From an uncultured delta proteobacterium (GTDB taxonomy: Bacteria; Myxococcota_A; Polyangia; Polyangiales; Houyiibacteriaceae), in the NCBI GenBank assembly GCA_963699755.1, contig CAVOVB010000001.1, positions 736,001 to 800,000 of the forward strand: DNA of 64,000 nt, given 5' to 3'. Within the stretch, counting starts at the first letter, position 1. Every line of letters begins with the position of its first letter. Made by a program: the position numbers and the translations under genes. Shown here piece by piece: positions 1-9,239 of this stretch. Below the pieces are notes generated by a model. That model was given only the letters and a program-made list of their open reading frames with translations, was not told the origin of the DNA and did no database searches.

Positions 1-2
1 TC

Positions 3-533
3 AAGGAAGCCGGCCTGAACGTCTTCGACCTCGGCCCAATGCGAGGTCTCGAAACTCTGCTGCCCAACATTGCGCAGATAGCCTCGGTGCTCGACGTGCC
101 CGAACGCGGTCAGGCGCTCTCAGACCAACTCGTCCAGAAGCTCGATGCGGTCTCCGCGGACATCCCCGACGGCAAAAGGCAGCGTGGCCTCTACGTCGGT
201 ATCCACGGCGATCGGCTCTATGGCGGAACCGCGGGAACGAGCTTTCACGACGTACTAGTGGCCGGGGGTTTGGTCGACGTTGCTGCAGAAGCGGGCTTCA
301 ACGGATGGCCGGCGTTCACCAACGAGCAGCTCCTCAGCCTCGACCCCCCTTGGATCATCACCAATCCCGGCACGGAGCGTTCGCTCTGCCGTCACCCTGG
401 TTTTCAGTCACTCGCCGCTTGCAAGACAGGTCAGGTTCGCAGCATTGACACACATCTTCTCACAGACCCGGGGCTCGGCATGCTCGAGGCCGCCGAAGCG
501 GTGCATGCCGCGGTGTACGGCGATGACGCCTAG
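3..533 (+). CDS. ABC transporter substrate-binding protein, BtuF/Fe-siderophore class III (5'-partial)
   Basis: Frame is open from the window edge. C-terminal lobe motifs GTSFHDVLVAGG, EQLLSLDPPWII and A(C)KTGQVRSID..LL..PG are typical of cobalamin/Fe periplasmic binders. Confidence 0.75.
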   Translation, partial: KEAGLNVFDLGPMRGLETLLPNIAQIASVLDVPERGQALSDQLVQKLDAVSADIPDGKRQRGLYVGIHGDRLYGGTAGTSFHDVLVAGGLVDVAAEAGFNGWPAFTNEQLLSLDPPWIITNPGTERSLCRHPGFQSLAACKTGQVRSIDTHLLTDPGLGMLEAAEAVHAAVYGDDA

Positions 534-558
534 GCTCGTGCTGAGCCTGCGCCGAGGG

Positions 559-1158
559 TTAGTCCAGCAAGGCCGCTAGGAGCTCGCTGTAGGCATCGGT
601 CCGTTTGAACTGAGGAAACTCTTCGGCGACGTTGTCGGGGCATCGGAACAAGATGCCCCGGTCCGCCTCCTTGAGCATCGTCGTGTCGTTGTAGCTGTCT
701 CCCGCCGCGTGTACTCGGAAACCAATGTTCTTCAATCCGGCAACGGCCTTTCGCTTGCCGTCGGGGATCCTCAGCCGGTAGTCGGTCACCCGGTCGGTCT
801 CATCGGTCACGAGCTCGTGGCAGAAGAGCGTCGGCTGGCCTAGTTGGCGCATGAAGGGCGCGGCGAACTGGTAGAACGTGTCGCTCAGGATGATCAGCTG
901 GGTTTGGTCGCGAAGCTCGTCGAGGAACTCCTTGGCGCCCCGCAGAGGCTTCATCTGACCGATCACATCTTGGATGTCCGAGAGCTTGAAGCCGTGCTCG
1001 TTTAGAATTTCCAGCCGTCCGCGCATGAGCACGTCGTAGTCGGGCTCGTCGCGGGTCGTGCGCCTGAGAGCCTTGATTCCGGTCTTCTCTGCGAAGGCGA
1101 TCCACACCTCCGGGATGAGGACTCCTTCGAGATCGAGGCAAACGACCAGTGGCGGCAT
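559..1158 (-). CDS. thrH: Bifunctional phosphoserine phosphatase/homoserine phosphotransferase (HAD)
   Basis: [44 protein letters not shown] and [12 protein letters not shown] are ThrH signature strings. Start moved to ATG 1158. Confidence 0.92.
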   Translation of the reverse strand: MPPLVVCLDLEGVLIPEVWIAFAEKTGIKALRRTTRDEPDYDVLMRGRLEILNEHGFKLSDIQDVIGQMKPLRGAKEFLDELRDQTQLIILSDTFYQFAAPFMRQLGQPTLFCHELVTDETDRVTDYRLRIPDGKRKAVAGLKNIGFRVHAAGDSYNDTTMLKEADRGILFRCPDNVAEEFPQFKRTDAYSELLAALLD

Positions 1159-1283
1159 GAGCGGTACTCCGAGGCCCGCAAGGGGGCAGCAATGCGAGGG
1201 CGCTTCGTCTACCCGATTTTGCAGCCCAGGCAACCAGCTTCGACTCGACAGACGCCCTAGCTGGGATCAACAATGGCTCACTC

Positions 1284-2159
1284 ATGACCTACAGGAACGC
1301 GATCTTTGCGGGTGGTGGCAGCCGCTGCTTTTGGCAGCTCGGCTTCTGGGAAGGCGCGAAGGAGGCCGGTCTCGATCTCCAGAGCTCGGTTGAGTTCGTC
1401 GGCTCGACCAGCGCCGGTTGTGCGATGGCCACCGCTGCAGTCCTCGACCGTTCACACTACGCGCTCAATCTCTTCAAAGACTTCACCGCACGAAACCCTC
1501 GGAACATTCACTGGGAAAACGTCAACCCGTTCAAGCGGGGTGCGCTGCTTCCTCACGCTCGAATGTACCGTGAAGCGCTGAGGGAGCTGATGGGCCCCGA
1601 TGATCTAGACACCCTCGGGAAGCGTTCCGTGCACTTCCTGATGAGCGGGTACCCGGAGTGGCTTAGCGGGGCGATCGGCGCCACGGCAGCGCTCTGTATC
1701 TATGGCCTCGAGAAGAAGTTTCGCAAAGATCCCCTCCACCCCGAATGGCCAGCAAAGGCCGGCTTCAAGCCGCTCATCGGGCGTGCGAACGATTGCCGCA
1801 CGCTGCAGGACTACATCAGCATGGTCCTTGCGGCCTCCTGCATTCCTCCCATCTTGCCGGAGGGGCACTTCGAAGGTCGTAAGGTGCTGGACGGTGGCTT
1901 GATCGAAAACATTCCCGTTCGCCTCGCCGAGAACGAGCCGGGAGAAACGCTGGTTCTGCTCAGCCGCAAGTACGAGCGCGAGCTTCCATCGACGAGCCGT
2001 GTGACCTGGGTACAACCGTCGAAGCCAATCAAGATCGACAAATTCGACTACGCAAACCCGGAGGGTTTGCAGGAGACCTTCGATCTCGGCATTGTCGACG
2101 GCAGGCAGTTCGGGCGTAGTTGTGTTCTGAGCGGCGGAGCCTATAGTTCTGCGCGGTGA
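1284..2159 (+). CDS. Patatin-like phospholipase
   Basis: Oxyanion GGGSR, nucleophile elbow STSAG, and DGG motif (VLDGGL). Confidence 0.85.
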   Translation: MTYRNAIFAGGGSRCFWQLGFWEGAKEAGLDLQSSVEFVGSTSAGCAMATAAVLDRSHYALNLFKDFTARNPRNIHWENVNPFKRGALLPHARMYREALRELMGPDDLDTLGKRSVHFLMSGYPEWLSGAIGATAALCIYGLEKKFRKDPLHPEWPAKAGFKPLIGRANDCRTLQDYISMVLAASCIPPILPEGHFEGRKVLDGGLIENIPVRLAENEPGETLVLLSRKYERELPSTSRVTWVQPSKPIKIDKFDYANPEGLQETFDLGIVDGRQFGRSCVLSGGAYSSAR

Positions 2160-4534
2160 CGCGTTCAGTCTTGACACTTGTCGTTGCGCTGGGTCTTGCG
2201 TCGCTCGCGGTTTGGCTTGCGAGAGGCATCCAGCTCGACACCGGGCTCGAGGCACTCCTGCCCAAAGACTCGGTTTCAGTCCTTTCGCTCGAAGAGACCC
2301 GAGACAAGCTCGGCCTGGAAGAGCCTCTCACGATTCTCGTTGAAACCGGCGAGCCGACCCGCAGCAGGGCGCTGGCCGCCCAACTCGCAAAGACCTTCGC
2401 GGAATGGCCCGAGACGGTTTGGGTGATGACCGGCTACGGTCTGGATGCGCTCGCCGAGCGCGCGCTTTACTACGTCGACGCCGAGACCCTCTACGAGTGG
2501 AGCGAGCTTGCCGAAGAAGCGCTCGATTGGGAGGCCTGCAAAGCCTCTCCGCTATGCGTGACGATCGCCGACCCACCCGAGCTGCCCGACGGCGACGAGA
2601 TTCGGGAAGCGATCGATCGCTCACCGGCCGGAACCGTGCTCCGAGAGCTCACCGGCCAGTCGGCCAAGGAGGCCGGCAAGAGCACTGAGGGCGGTTCGGG
2701 CGAGGGTGAGGAGGCGGAGCAAGCGCTTTGCAGCGACGACGGCAAAGTCTGCGCGGTACAGGTCATGCTGAGCGGCTCGCCCGGTGACCTCGGCTATGCT
2801 CGCATGATCAAGGAGCGGGTGGAAACGATCACCGTTCCATTGGTGCGGTCGCAGCCCGAGGGCACCCGCATCGAGGTCATCGGCCGCTATCGTGTGGCGC
2901 CTCTCGAGCACGGCATCATCCTGAACGACCTGCGCTTGGTTTCAATCCTCGCAGCCCTCGGCACGCTTCTCATGGTCCTGATCTTCTTCCGCGACCTGAC
3001 AGCGGTCGTGCAGCTCATGGTGCCGATGCTCAGTGGTCTTGCCGTCGCAATCGGACTGATCGCCCTGATTCAGCCCAAGATCAATATCATCAGCGCATCG
3101 GCGCTCGCGATCCTCGCCGGCATGGCGATCGATTTCGGGATTCATCTTCTGATGCACTACCAGTCCGCACGCGCCGACGGATCGAGCGCGGCGGAGGCCG
3201 CCAAAGCAAGCGTACAGGACCTTTGGGTCTCGCTCTTGGTTGCAGGCGTCACCACCGCCTGCGGTTTCGGCGCGCTTTCGATGACCGATTTCCAGGGCTT
3301 CTCCCAAATGGGTTGGATGGCGTCGCTCGGGATCATGGTCACGTTGCTCTGGACGCTCGCGGTATTCCCGAGCATGGTCCGCGTGCTCCCGGGCAGCGGC
3401 AAGAGCACTCGGCAGCGGGCGGCCAAGGACCGCAGCGCGCGTGGCCTCGCCTGGACCCTTCTCGTGCTCGGGCTCTTGGCGCTTCCCTTCGCCTTGCGAA
3501 TCGGCTTCGAGCCGAACCTAGGCAAGCTGCAACCCAAAGGCGTTGGCCACGGTCTGGACGATTCGATGATGCGCGCGCGCGGCAACATCAACGCGCTCTA
3601 CGTCGGGAAGTCGCCGGAGGCGGTCAATGCGGCGATCGGCGACGAGCTCATGACCGTCGGCGCTGTCGAGGCGCTCGACGTCGAACCGATCGTGGTTTCG
3701 GCCCAGGTGATCTTTCCTGACGACTCGGACGAGAAGACCGAAATCCTGGCTGACCTCAAAGCGACGCTGGTGCGGGCTCGCCAAAAAGCGATCGAGCGCG
3801 AAGACAGCGAGCTGCTCGACGAGCTCGATGAGCTCGAGCCCTGGGTCGATGTCGACGGCCCGCCCCAAGCCGATCAGATCCCCCAATGGCTCGCCGCGAC
3901 GCTGGTCCTCAAGGACGGCTCGATCGGAAAGAGCGGCATCATTTACGTCCCACTGAGGGGCTCGAATGCGGAGGCGATGGAGAGGCTCGCTGCCTGGCTC
4001 GATCAACTGCGCGCGGCGCATCCGGACGTGACCTTCGCGTCGGCAGCGGCGCTCCTCGGCGAAGTGACCCCGGCACTGATCGCCGACTCGCCCTGGATTC
4101 TCTCCCTGGTCTTCCTCGGCTTGATCGCAGCAACAGCGATCGCGAGCCGATCGTTTGCCGTCACCCGAGACGTGTTCCTGGCGACGGCCCTGTCCACGAT
4201 CTTCTTCGCGGCGACATTGTCGCTCCTCGGTATCGACCTTCATCTCTATAATCTGCTCGCGGTACCGGTCGTGGTCGGCCTTGCAGTCGACGGCGCAGTG
4301 CACGTCCGCTGGGCTAGGGACTACGACAGTCCGCGCCAGCAATACGCCACGTATAGGGCCGTCGCAGCGTCGACCCTGACCTCGATGGTGGCCTTCGGCG
4401 CCTTGATGACCGCCGAAAGTCCCGGCCTTCGTTCGCTCGGGCAGGTCGGCGTGATCGGCCTGGGAATCTCGATTGCGGTCAACCTGATCTGGCTTCGCGC
4501 CTGGTGCGCACCGAACAAACCGAAGGAAGCCTGA
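2156..4534 (+). CDS. MMPL/RND family lipid exporter
   Basis: Two TM bundles with periplasmic loops and GxxxD motifs (GMAIDFGIH, GLAVDGAVH). GTG start overlaps the patatin stop (GTGA). Confidence 0.85.
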   Translation: MTRSVLTLVVALGLASLAVWLARGIQLDTGLEALLPKDSVSVLSLEETRDKLGLEEPLTILVETGEPTRSRALAAQLAKTFAEWPETVWVMTGYGLDALAERALYYVDAETLYEWSELAEEALDWEACKASPLCVTIADPPELPDGDEIREAIDRSPAGTVLRELTGQSAKEAGKSTEGGSGEGEEAEQALCSDDGKVCAVQVMLSGSPGDLGYARMIKERVETITVPLVRSQPEGTRIEVIGRYRVAPLEHGIILNDLRLVSILAALGTLLMVLIFFRDLTAVVQLMVPMLSGLAVAIGLIALIQPKINIISASALAILAGMAIDFGIHLLMHYQSARADGSSAAEAAKASVQDLWVSLLVAGVTTACGFGALSMTDFQGFSQMGWMASLGIMVTLLWTLAVFPSMVRVLPGSGKSTRQRAAKDRSARGLAWTLLVLGLLALPFALRIGFEPNLGKLQPKGVGHGLDDSMMRARGNINALYVGKSPEAVNAAIGDELMTVGAVEALDVEPIVVSAQVIFPDDSDEKTEILADLKATLVRARQKAIEREDSELLDELDELEPWVDVDGPPQADQIPQWLAATLVLKDGSIGKSGIIYVPLRGSNAEAMERLAAWLDQLRAAHPDVTFASAAALLGEVTPALIADSPWILSLVFLGLIAATAIASRSFAVTRDVFLATALSTIFFAATLSLLGIDLHLYNLLAVPVVVGLAVDGAVHVRWARDYDSPRQQYATYRAVAASTLTSMVAFGALMTAESPGLRSLGQVGVIGLGISIAVNLIWLRAWCAPNKPKEA

Positions 4535-4538
4535 CCCG

Positions 4539-6410
4539 ATGTGCGGCATCGCAGGCATGCTGGCCGCGACCCCCCAGGCAAAGCCCGATTCGGGTGCCGT
4601 CCGGCGCATGTGCGATGCGATGGTGCATCGGGGTCCCGATGATCACGGATATTGGAGCGAGGGCCCCTGCGCGCTCGGTCACCGGCGTCTCTCGATCATC
4701 GATCTGCGCCCCGAAGGCGCTCAACCGATGACCAACGAAGACGGGTCGGTCGCTGTGGTCGTGAACGGCGAGATTTACAACTTCCAGAGCTTGCGCCGCG
4801 AGCTCGAAGCCAAGGGGCACCGCTTCAGGTCACGTTCGGACTCCGAGGTCCTCGTGCACCTCTACGAAGAAGAGGGGCTGAACTTTCTCGATCGCCTGCG
4901 CGGAATGTTCGCACTGGCCCTTTGGGATGTGTCGCGCCGGCGCCTGGTGCTCGCGCGCGATCGCTTCGGCAAGAAGCCCCTCTTCTATCATGCCGGACCC
5001 GAAGGGCTGACTTTCGCTTCGGAGCTCGGCGCCTTGGCTGCTTCCGATCACTTCGAGCAACGCCCTGACATCGACGCGATCGACGCGTTCCTCTGCTTGC
5101 AGTACGTGCCCTCGCCCTGGACGGCGTTCGAAGGCGTTCGCAAGCTGCCGCCCGCCTGCCGTCTCGTTTGCGAGAACGGCCGGGTAGGCGAGCCGGAGCG
5201 CTACTTCGAGCTTCGTTTCGACCAGCCGACGGACCGCTCGCTGCCTGAGCTGACCGAGTGCCTGCATGCGCAGATCGAAGACGCAGTTCGGGTGCGGATG
5301 GTCTCGGACGTACCGCTCGGCGCGTTTCTCTCGGGCGGCGTCGACTCTTCGCTCATTGTCGCCATGATGGCCAAGCGCTCCTCGAAGCCGGTCAAGACCT
5401 TCGCGGTGGGCTTCACTAGCAAAGACTTCAGCGAGCTCCCGTATGCGAGAATGGTGGCGGAGCGCTATGGGACCGACCACCACGAGATCGTCGTGGAGCC
5501 CGACATGGCGTCGGTCATCCCGGAATTCGTCCGGCACTACGGCGAGCCCTTCGCCGATACCTCCGCGCTGCCGACCTGGTACCTCTGTCAGTACACCCGC
5601 AGCGGGGTCACAGTTGCCTTGAGCGGAGACGGCGGCGATGAAGCGTTCTGTGGCTACTCCCGTTATTTCCATTCGTGGACAGCCCGGAGGCTCCGCGCGC
5701 TTCCCGGCCCGCTGCCATTGGCCCTCGCAAAGACGCTGGGCAGGATCCCGACCCCTGCGGCACGGAAGGTTCGCGACTTCGGGCGTCGGCTCATGGAGCC
5801 CGAGCATGTTCGCTTTCTCGGCCTTGCAGCGCACATTCCGCACGAGGACCGGCTTGCGCTCTACGCTCCGGCGATGCGCGCGCGTTTCGCTGAGGATCGA
5901 GTCGCGCGCCGCTTTGGAGAGCTCTACGCGGCTTCGACGGCGTCCGACCCGATCAATCGACTGCTCGACCTGGACATTCAGACCTACCTGCCCGACGACA
6001 TTCTCACGAAGGTCGACATCGCTTCGATGGCGCACTCGCTCGAGGTGCGATGCCCCCTCGTCGATCAGGACCTCATGGTCTTCGCCGCCTCAGTCCCCGG
6101 CGACATGAAGCTCCGCGGGCACAGGACCAAGCTCATCCTCCGAGAAGTCGCCAAGCCACTTGTTCCCGAGAAGATTCTCAAGCGGCCCAAACGAGGCTTC
6201 GGCCTGCCCATCGATCGATGGATGCGAGAAGACCTCGCAGCGATGTCGCGTGATATCTTGCTCGACCAAACTGCACGTGAACGGGGCATCTTCGAAGCGG
6301 CGGCCGTCGAAGCCCTGCTTGGGCAGCATCAAAGGGGCGAGCCGCGTGGCGATCAGATCTGGGCGCTGATGGTGCTCGAGCTTTGGTATCGAACATTCAT
6401 CGACAGATGA
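4539..6410 (+). CDS. asnB: Asparagine synthase (glutamine-hydrolysing) family amidotransferase
   Basis: N-terminal MCGIAG (Ntn Cys), HRGPD, NGEIYNF, SGGVDSS, SGDGGDE and KRGF. Confidence 0.93.
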   Translation: MCGIAGMLAATPQAKPDSGAVRRMCDAMVHRGPDDHGYWSEGPCALGHRRLSIIDLRPEGAQPMTNEDGSVAVVVNGEIYNFQSLRRELEAKGHRFRSRSDSEVLVHLYEEEGLNFLDRLRGMFALALWDVSRRRLVLARDRFGKKPLFYHAGPEGLTFASELGALAASDHFEQRPDIDAIDAFLCLQYVPSPWTAFEGVRKLPPACRLVCENGRVGEPERYFELRFDQPTDRSLPELTECLHAQIEDAVRVRMVSDVPLGAFLSGGVDSSLIVAMMAKRSSKPVKTFAVGFTSKDFSELPYARMVAERYGTDHHEIVVEPDMASVIPEFVRHYGEPFADTSALPTWYLCQYTRSGVTVALSGDGGDEAFCGYSRYFHSWTARRLRALPGPLPLALAKTLGRIPTPAARKVRDFGRRLMEPEHVRFLGLAAHIPHEDRLALYAPAMRARFAEDRVARRFGELYAASTASDPINRLLDLDIQTYLPDDILTKVDIASMAHSLEVRCPLVDQDLMVFAASVPGDMKLRGHRTKLILREVAKPLVPEKILKRPKRGFGLPIDRWMREDLAAMSRDILLDQTARERGIFEAAAVEALLGQHQRGEPRGDQIWALMVLELWYRTFIDR

Positions 6411-6474
6411 GCTCGCCGCGACTTCTACCCTAGCGGGCCCAGGAATAGGCACCGCGGCCGGCCCTCGCCGATCT

Positions 6475-7200
6475 GTGCTAGACAGGCCCCGCGTGATTTC
6501 CATCGTCGTTCCAACGTATCGTGAGGCGGCCAACCTCGGCCCGCTTGCCGAAGCCGTGGACGAGGCGCTTTCGGGCGCTGGACACGAGTACGAGCTTCTT
6601 TTCATCGACGACGATTCGCAAGACGGTTCCGCAGAGATCTGCGCCCGGCTTTCCGAGCGCCTTCCCGTGCGCATCGTAGTTCGAAAAGGCGAACGCGGTC
6701 TGGCGACGGCCGTGATTCACGGCATCTCGATGGCGTCCGGCGGCATCGTCGTCGTGATGGATGCCGATCTCTCGCATCCCGCAAGCGCGATCCCGGCCAT
6801 GATCGAGCGCCTCGAGCGTGGCGAAAGCGACTTCGTGCTCGGTTCGCGCTACGTCGAAGGCGGCTCGATCCACGACGAATGGAGCGTCTTCCGTCGGCTC
6901 AACTCCGTCATTCCTTCCCTTCTTGCGAAACCTCTTTGCCCGCTCAAAGACCCGATGAGTGGCTTCTTCGCGATCCGGCGCAGCGAGATGCCGGACGCGG
7001 ACCATCTTTCGCCGATCGGCTACAAGATCGCACTCGAGATCTACGTCAAAGGCGACTTCAACCGACCGAGCGAGGTGCCGATTCACTTCTCGGACCGGCA
7101 GCACGGCGAAAGCAAGCTCTCGCTCAAGGAGCAGCTGAACTTTCTTCGCCACCTCGTTCGCCTCTACGTCTACAAGCTCCACCACGGCGCCGAAACGTGA
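6475..7200 (+). CDS. Polyprenol-phosphate sugar synthase (GT2, DPM1-like)
   Basis: SIVVPTYREAANL, IDDDSQDGS, MDADLSHP, DPMSGFF, and EVPIHFSDRQHGESKL. Confidence 0.88.
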   Translation: MLDRPRVISIVVPTYREAANLGPLAEAVDEALSGAGHEYELLFIDDDSQDGSAEICARLSERLPVRIVVRKGERGLATAVIHGISMASGGIVVVMDADLSHPASAIPAMIERLERGESDFVLGSRYVEGGSIHDEWSVFRRLNSVIPSLLAKPLCPLKDPMSGFFAIRRSEMPDADHLSPIGYKIALEIYVKGDFNRPSEVPIHFSDRQHGESKLSLKEQLNFLRHLVRLYVYKLHHGAET

Positions 7201-8936
7201 AGCTACTCGGGGACGATCGGATGGTCTTGTGGATCGTCCTCATCTTCGCGCTTTCTCAATTGATCGCCGTCGGCTGGGACCTGCCGGGCTCTTACGGTTG
7301 GGAGAACGACGGTATCGCGCCCCGCGACATTTTCGCTGGAATCGCGGTCAACCTGACGCCGGGTCAAGGACATCGCTATCCGCTGTTCCACAATCTGCTG
7401 ATTGGGCTTCTGTCCGTACCGATCCTCTTGCCCGCCGCGCTTTCCGCAGACGACTGGACGCTCCCCGCACTGATGGAACGGGTCCTCACCGTTCCGCCGA
7501 TGACGGGCGTCTCGCTCGTCGCAAAGCTCGTCGGCCTGCTCATGGCCTGCGTCTCCCTGCTGGTCATCGCGCGGATCGCCAGACGCACGGTGAGCGTCGA
7601 GGCCGGCCGCTGGGCAGCGATTTGGGCCGCTACCTGCCTCTCGTTTGCGTACTACGGACGGGTCAGCAACCTCGATGGCCCCTATCTGATGTGGACGGCG
7701 CTGGCGATCGATCGCCTGCTCAGTGTCGCTGAATCGCGAAAGCGCCGGGACTACCTCGTTTTCGGTATGTTCGCAGGGGCCGCCGTCGCGACCAAAGATC
7801 AGGCCTACGCGGGCCTGATACTTCCGGGTCTTATCTACCTTTTGCTCTTGCCGCTCCGAAGCGATCAGCCCTTCGGACCGAGGGCAGCGCACTACCGAAA
7901 CACCGCGTTCGCCACCTTGGCGGGGACTCTGTCGCTCGGGACACTGGGCGGCGGGCTCTTCAATCCAAGCGGCTTCGTGACACGCCTTCGCGAGCTCACC
8001 GGAGGGGCCAGCCAAGATTGGATGTGGTACGCGCGAACCCCCGAAGGCGTTCTGAGGAACGTCACCGACATCACGCTCGGACAGGAGACGTTTTTCTGGC
8101 CCTGGCTCGTCGTGGGACTCTGCTGGGTCGGCGTCGGCCTGGTCGTCTTTCGGCGCCGCGGAGAAGGCATTCGCTCGCGGACGTTTCGCTTGCTGCCGCT
8201 GACCAGCGGCATCAGCAGCATCGTTTTTTTCACCTTGGTTGTGGCGCGCTGCGAGCACCGCTTCGTGATGCCGCTGGGATTCTGGCTTGCATACTACGGC
8301 GGGGTCGCATCCGCAGCATTGCTCGCACGGCTCGCCCCGAGAGGTCCGTTGGCGCTGCGCGGCGCACAAATCGGGCTCGGCGTGCTCGTGCTTTGGGCAG
8401 GCGGCCACAGCTTTGAAGTCCAGCTCACTCAGCGCGGCGATGCGCGACACCAGGTGCAGGCGTACCTGGCCTCGCTGCCCGAGGGCACGCTGGTCGAAAC
8501 CTACGGCTGGCTCGTTCATCTACCCCAGTTCGATGTGTCCGATGCTTCGCCCTACCGCCTCCAGCGCGTGAGCCGCCGCCCGATCCCCACAAGGAACCCG
8601 CTGGTCGGTGCCGAAGAGATCGATGCGCCGTACGGCGAAGTTCAGACGCGCAAGCCCGATGTGCTGATCGTGCCCGAGGCCACGGCGCTGGAGTTCATCC
8701 CCCTCGAGCTCCCCGAAGGCATGGCAGTGCCGGCGGTAGGGGAGCGCGCGCGAGCGGACCAGGATGCGCAAGCGTTTTTTGGCTCGGTGTTGAGCGATTC
8801 GCTCGAAGGATATGAAGTCGAATTCATCGCCGGACCCGAGCTCCCTCGCTGGGCCGAAAAGCTCGGTGCAGAGCCCGTTCAAGTGCATGCGAGCGTCGGC
8901 AACCGGCAGTGGGTTCTTCGCCGCTCCGACCTCTGA
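7197..8936 (+). CDS. GT-C fold membrane glycosyltransferase (ArnT/PMT, GT39/83-like)
   Basis: About 11 TM helices, acidic first loop (WEND), YPLFH, NLDGP, ATKDQ, RFVMP and a soluble C-terminal tail. GTG start overlaps the upstream stop (alternative ATG 7221). Confidence 0.7.
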   Translation: MKLLGDDRMVLWIVLIFALSQLIAVGWDLPGSYGWENDGIAPRDIFAGIAVNLTPGQGHRYPLFHNLLIGLLSVPILLPAALSADDWTLPALMERVLTVPPMTGVSLVAKLVGLLMACVSLLVIARIARRTVSVEAGRWAAIWAATCLSFAYYGRVSNLDGPYLMWTALAIDRLLSVAESRKRRDYLVFGMFAGAAVATKDQAYAGLILPGLIYLLLLPLRSDQPFGPRAAHYRNTAFATLAGTLSLGTLGGGLFNPSGFVTRLRELTGGASQDWMWYARTPEGVLRNVTDITLGQETFFWPWLVVGLCWVGVGLVVFRRRGEGIRSRTFRLLPLTSGISSIVFFTLVVARCEHRFVMPLGFWLAYYGGVASAALLARLAPRGPLALRGAQIGLGVLVLWAGGHSFEVQLTQRGDARHQVQAYLASLPEGTLVETYGWLVHLPQFDVSDASPYRLQRVSRRPIPTRNPLVGAEEIDAPYGEVQTRKPDVLIVPEATALEFIPLELPEGMAVPAVGERARADQDAQAFFGSVLSDSLEGYEVEFIAGPELPRWAEKLGAEPVQVHASVGNRQWVLRRSDL

Positions 8937-9239
8937 ACATCGTCGGCTGTGACCGAAAACGGCGAACGCGCAGAATGTGCGCGTCGTTTCGTCTTGAAAA
9001 CAGGCCGTACGGTTGATCGCTTTCAAATGCACCGGCTACCTGTTCAGCACCTTTCGATGCCTCACGCAGAGCATCTCTGTTTGAAAGCCGGCCCCCTGCC
9101 CGTCCTCGATGCGCCCGACATTGAAAGAAGGGGGTAGACAGAACGTTGCGCGATTGTGCATTCTCCGCTGCACCGGGGTCCTCACCGGTTCCGGAACACG
9201 CATGCGGTGCGCTCTCGTGAGAGAAGGTGGAGGTGCGAC

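Noticed and set aside
8937..9239. 300-nt leader before the OM barrel, with several short hairpins, considered as a riboswitch
   Set aside because: No cobalamin, TPP, c-di-GMP or other consensus recognisable by eye, and short stems are expected at this GC. An Rfam scan would settle it.
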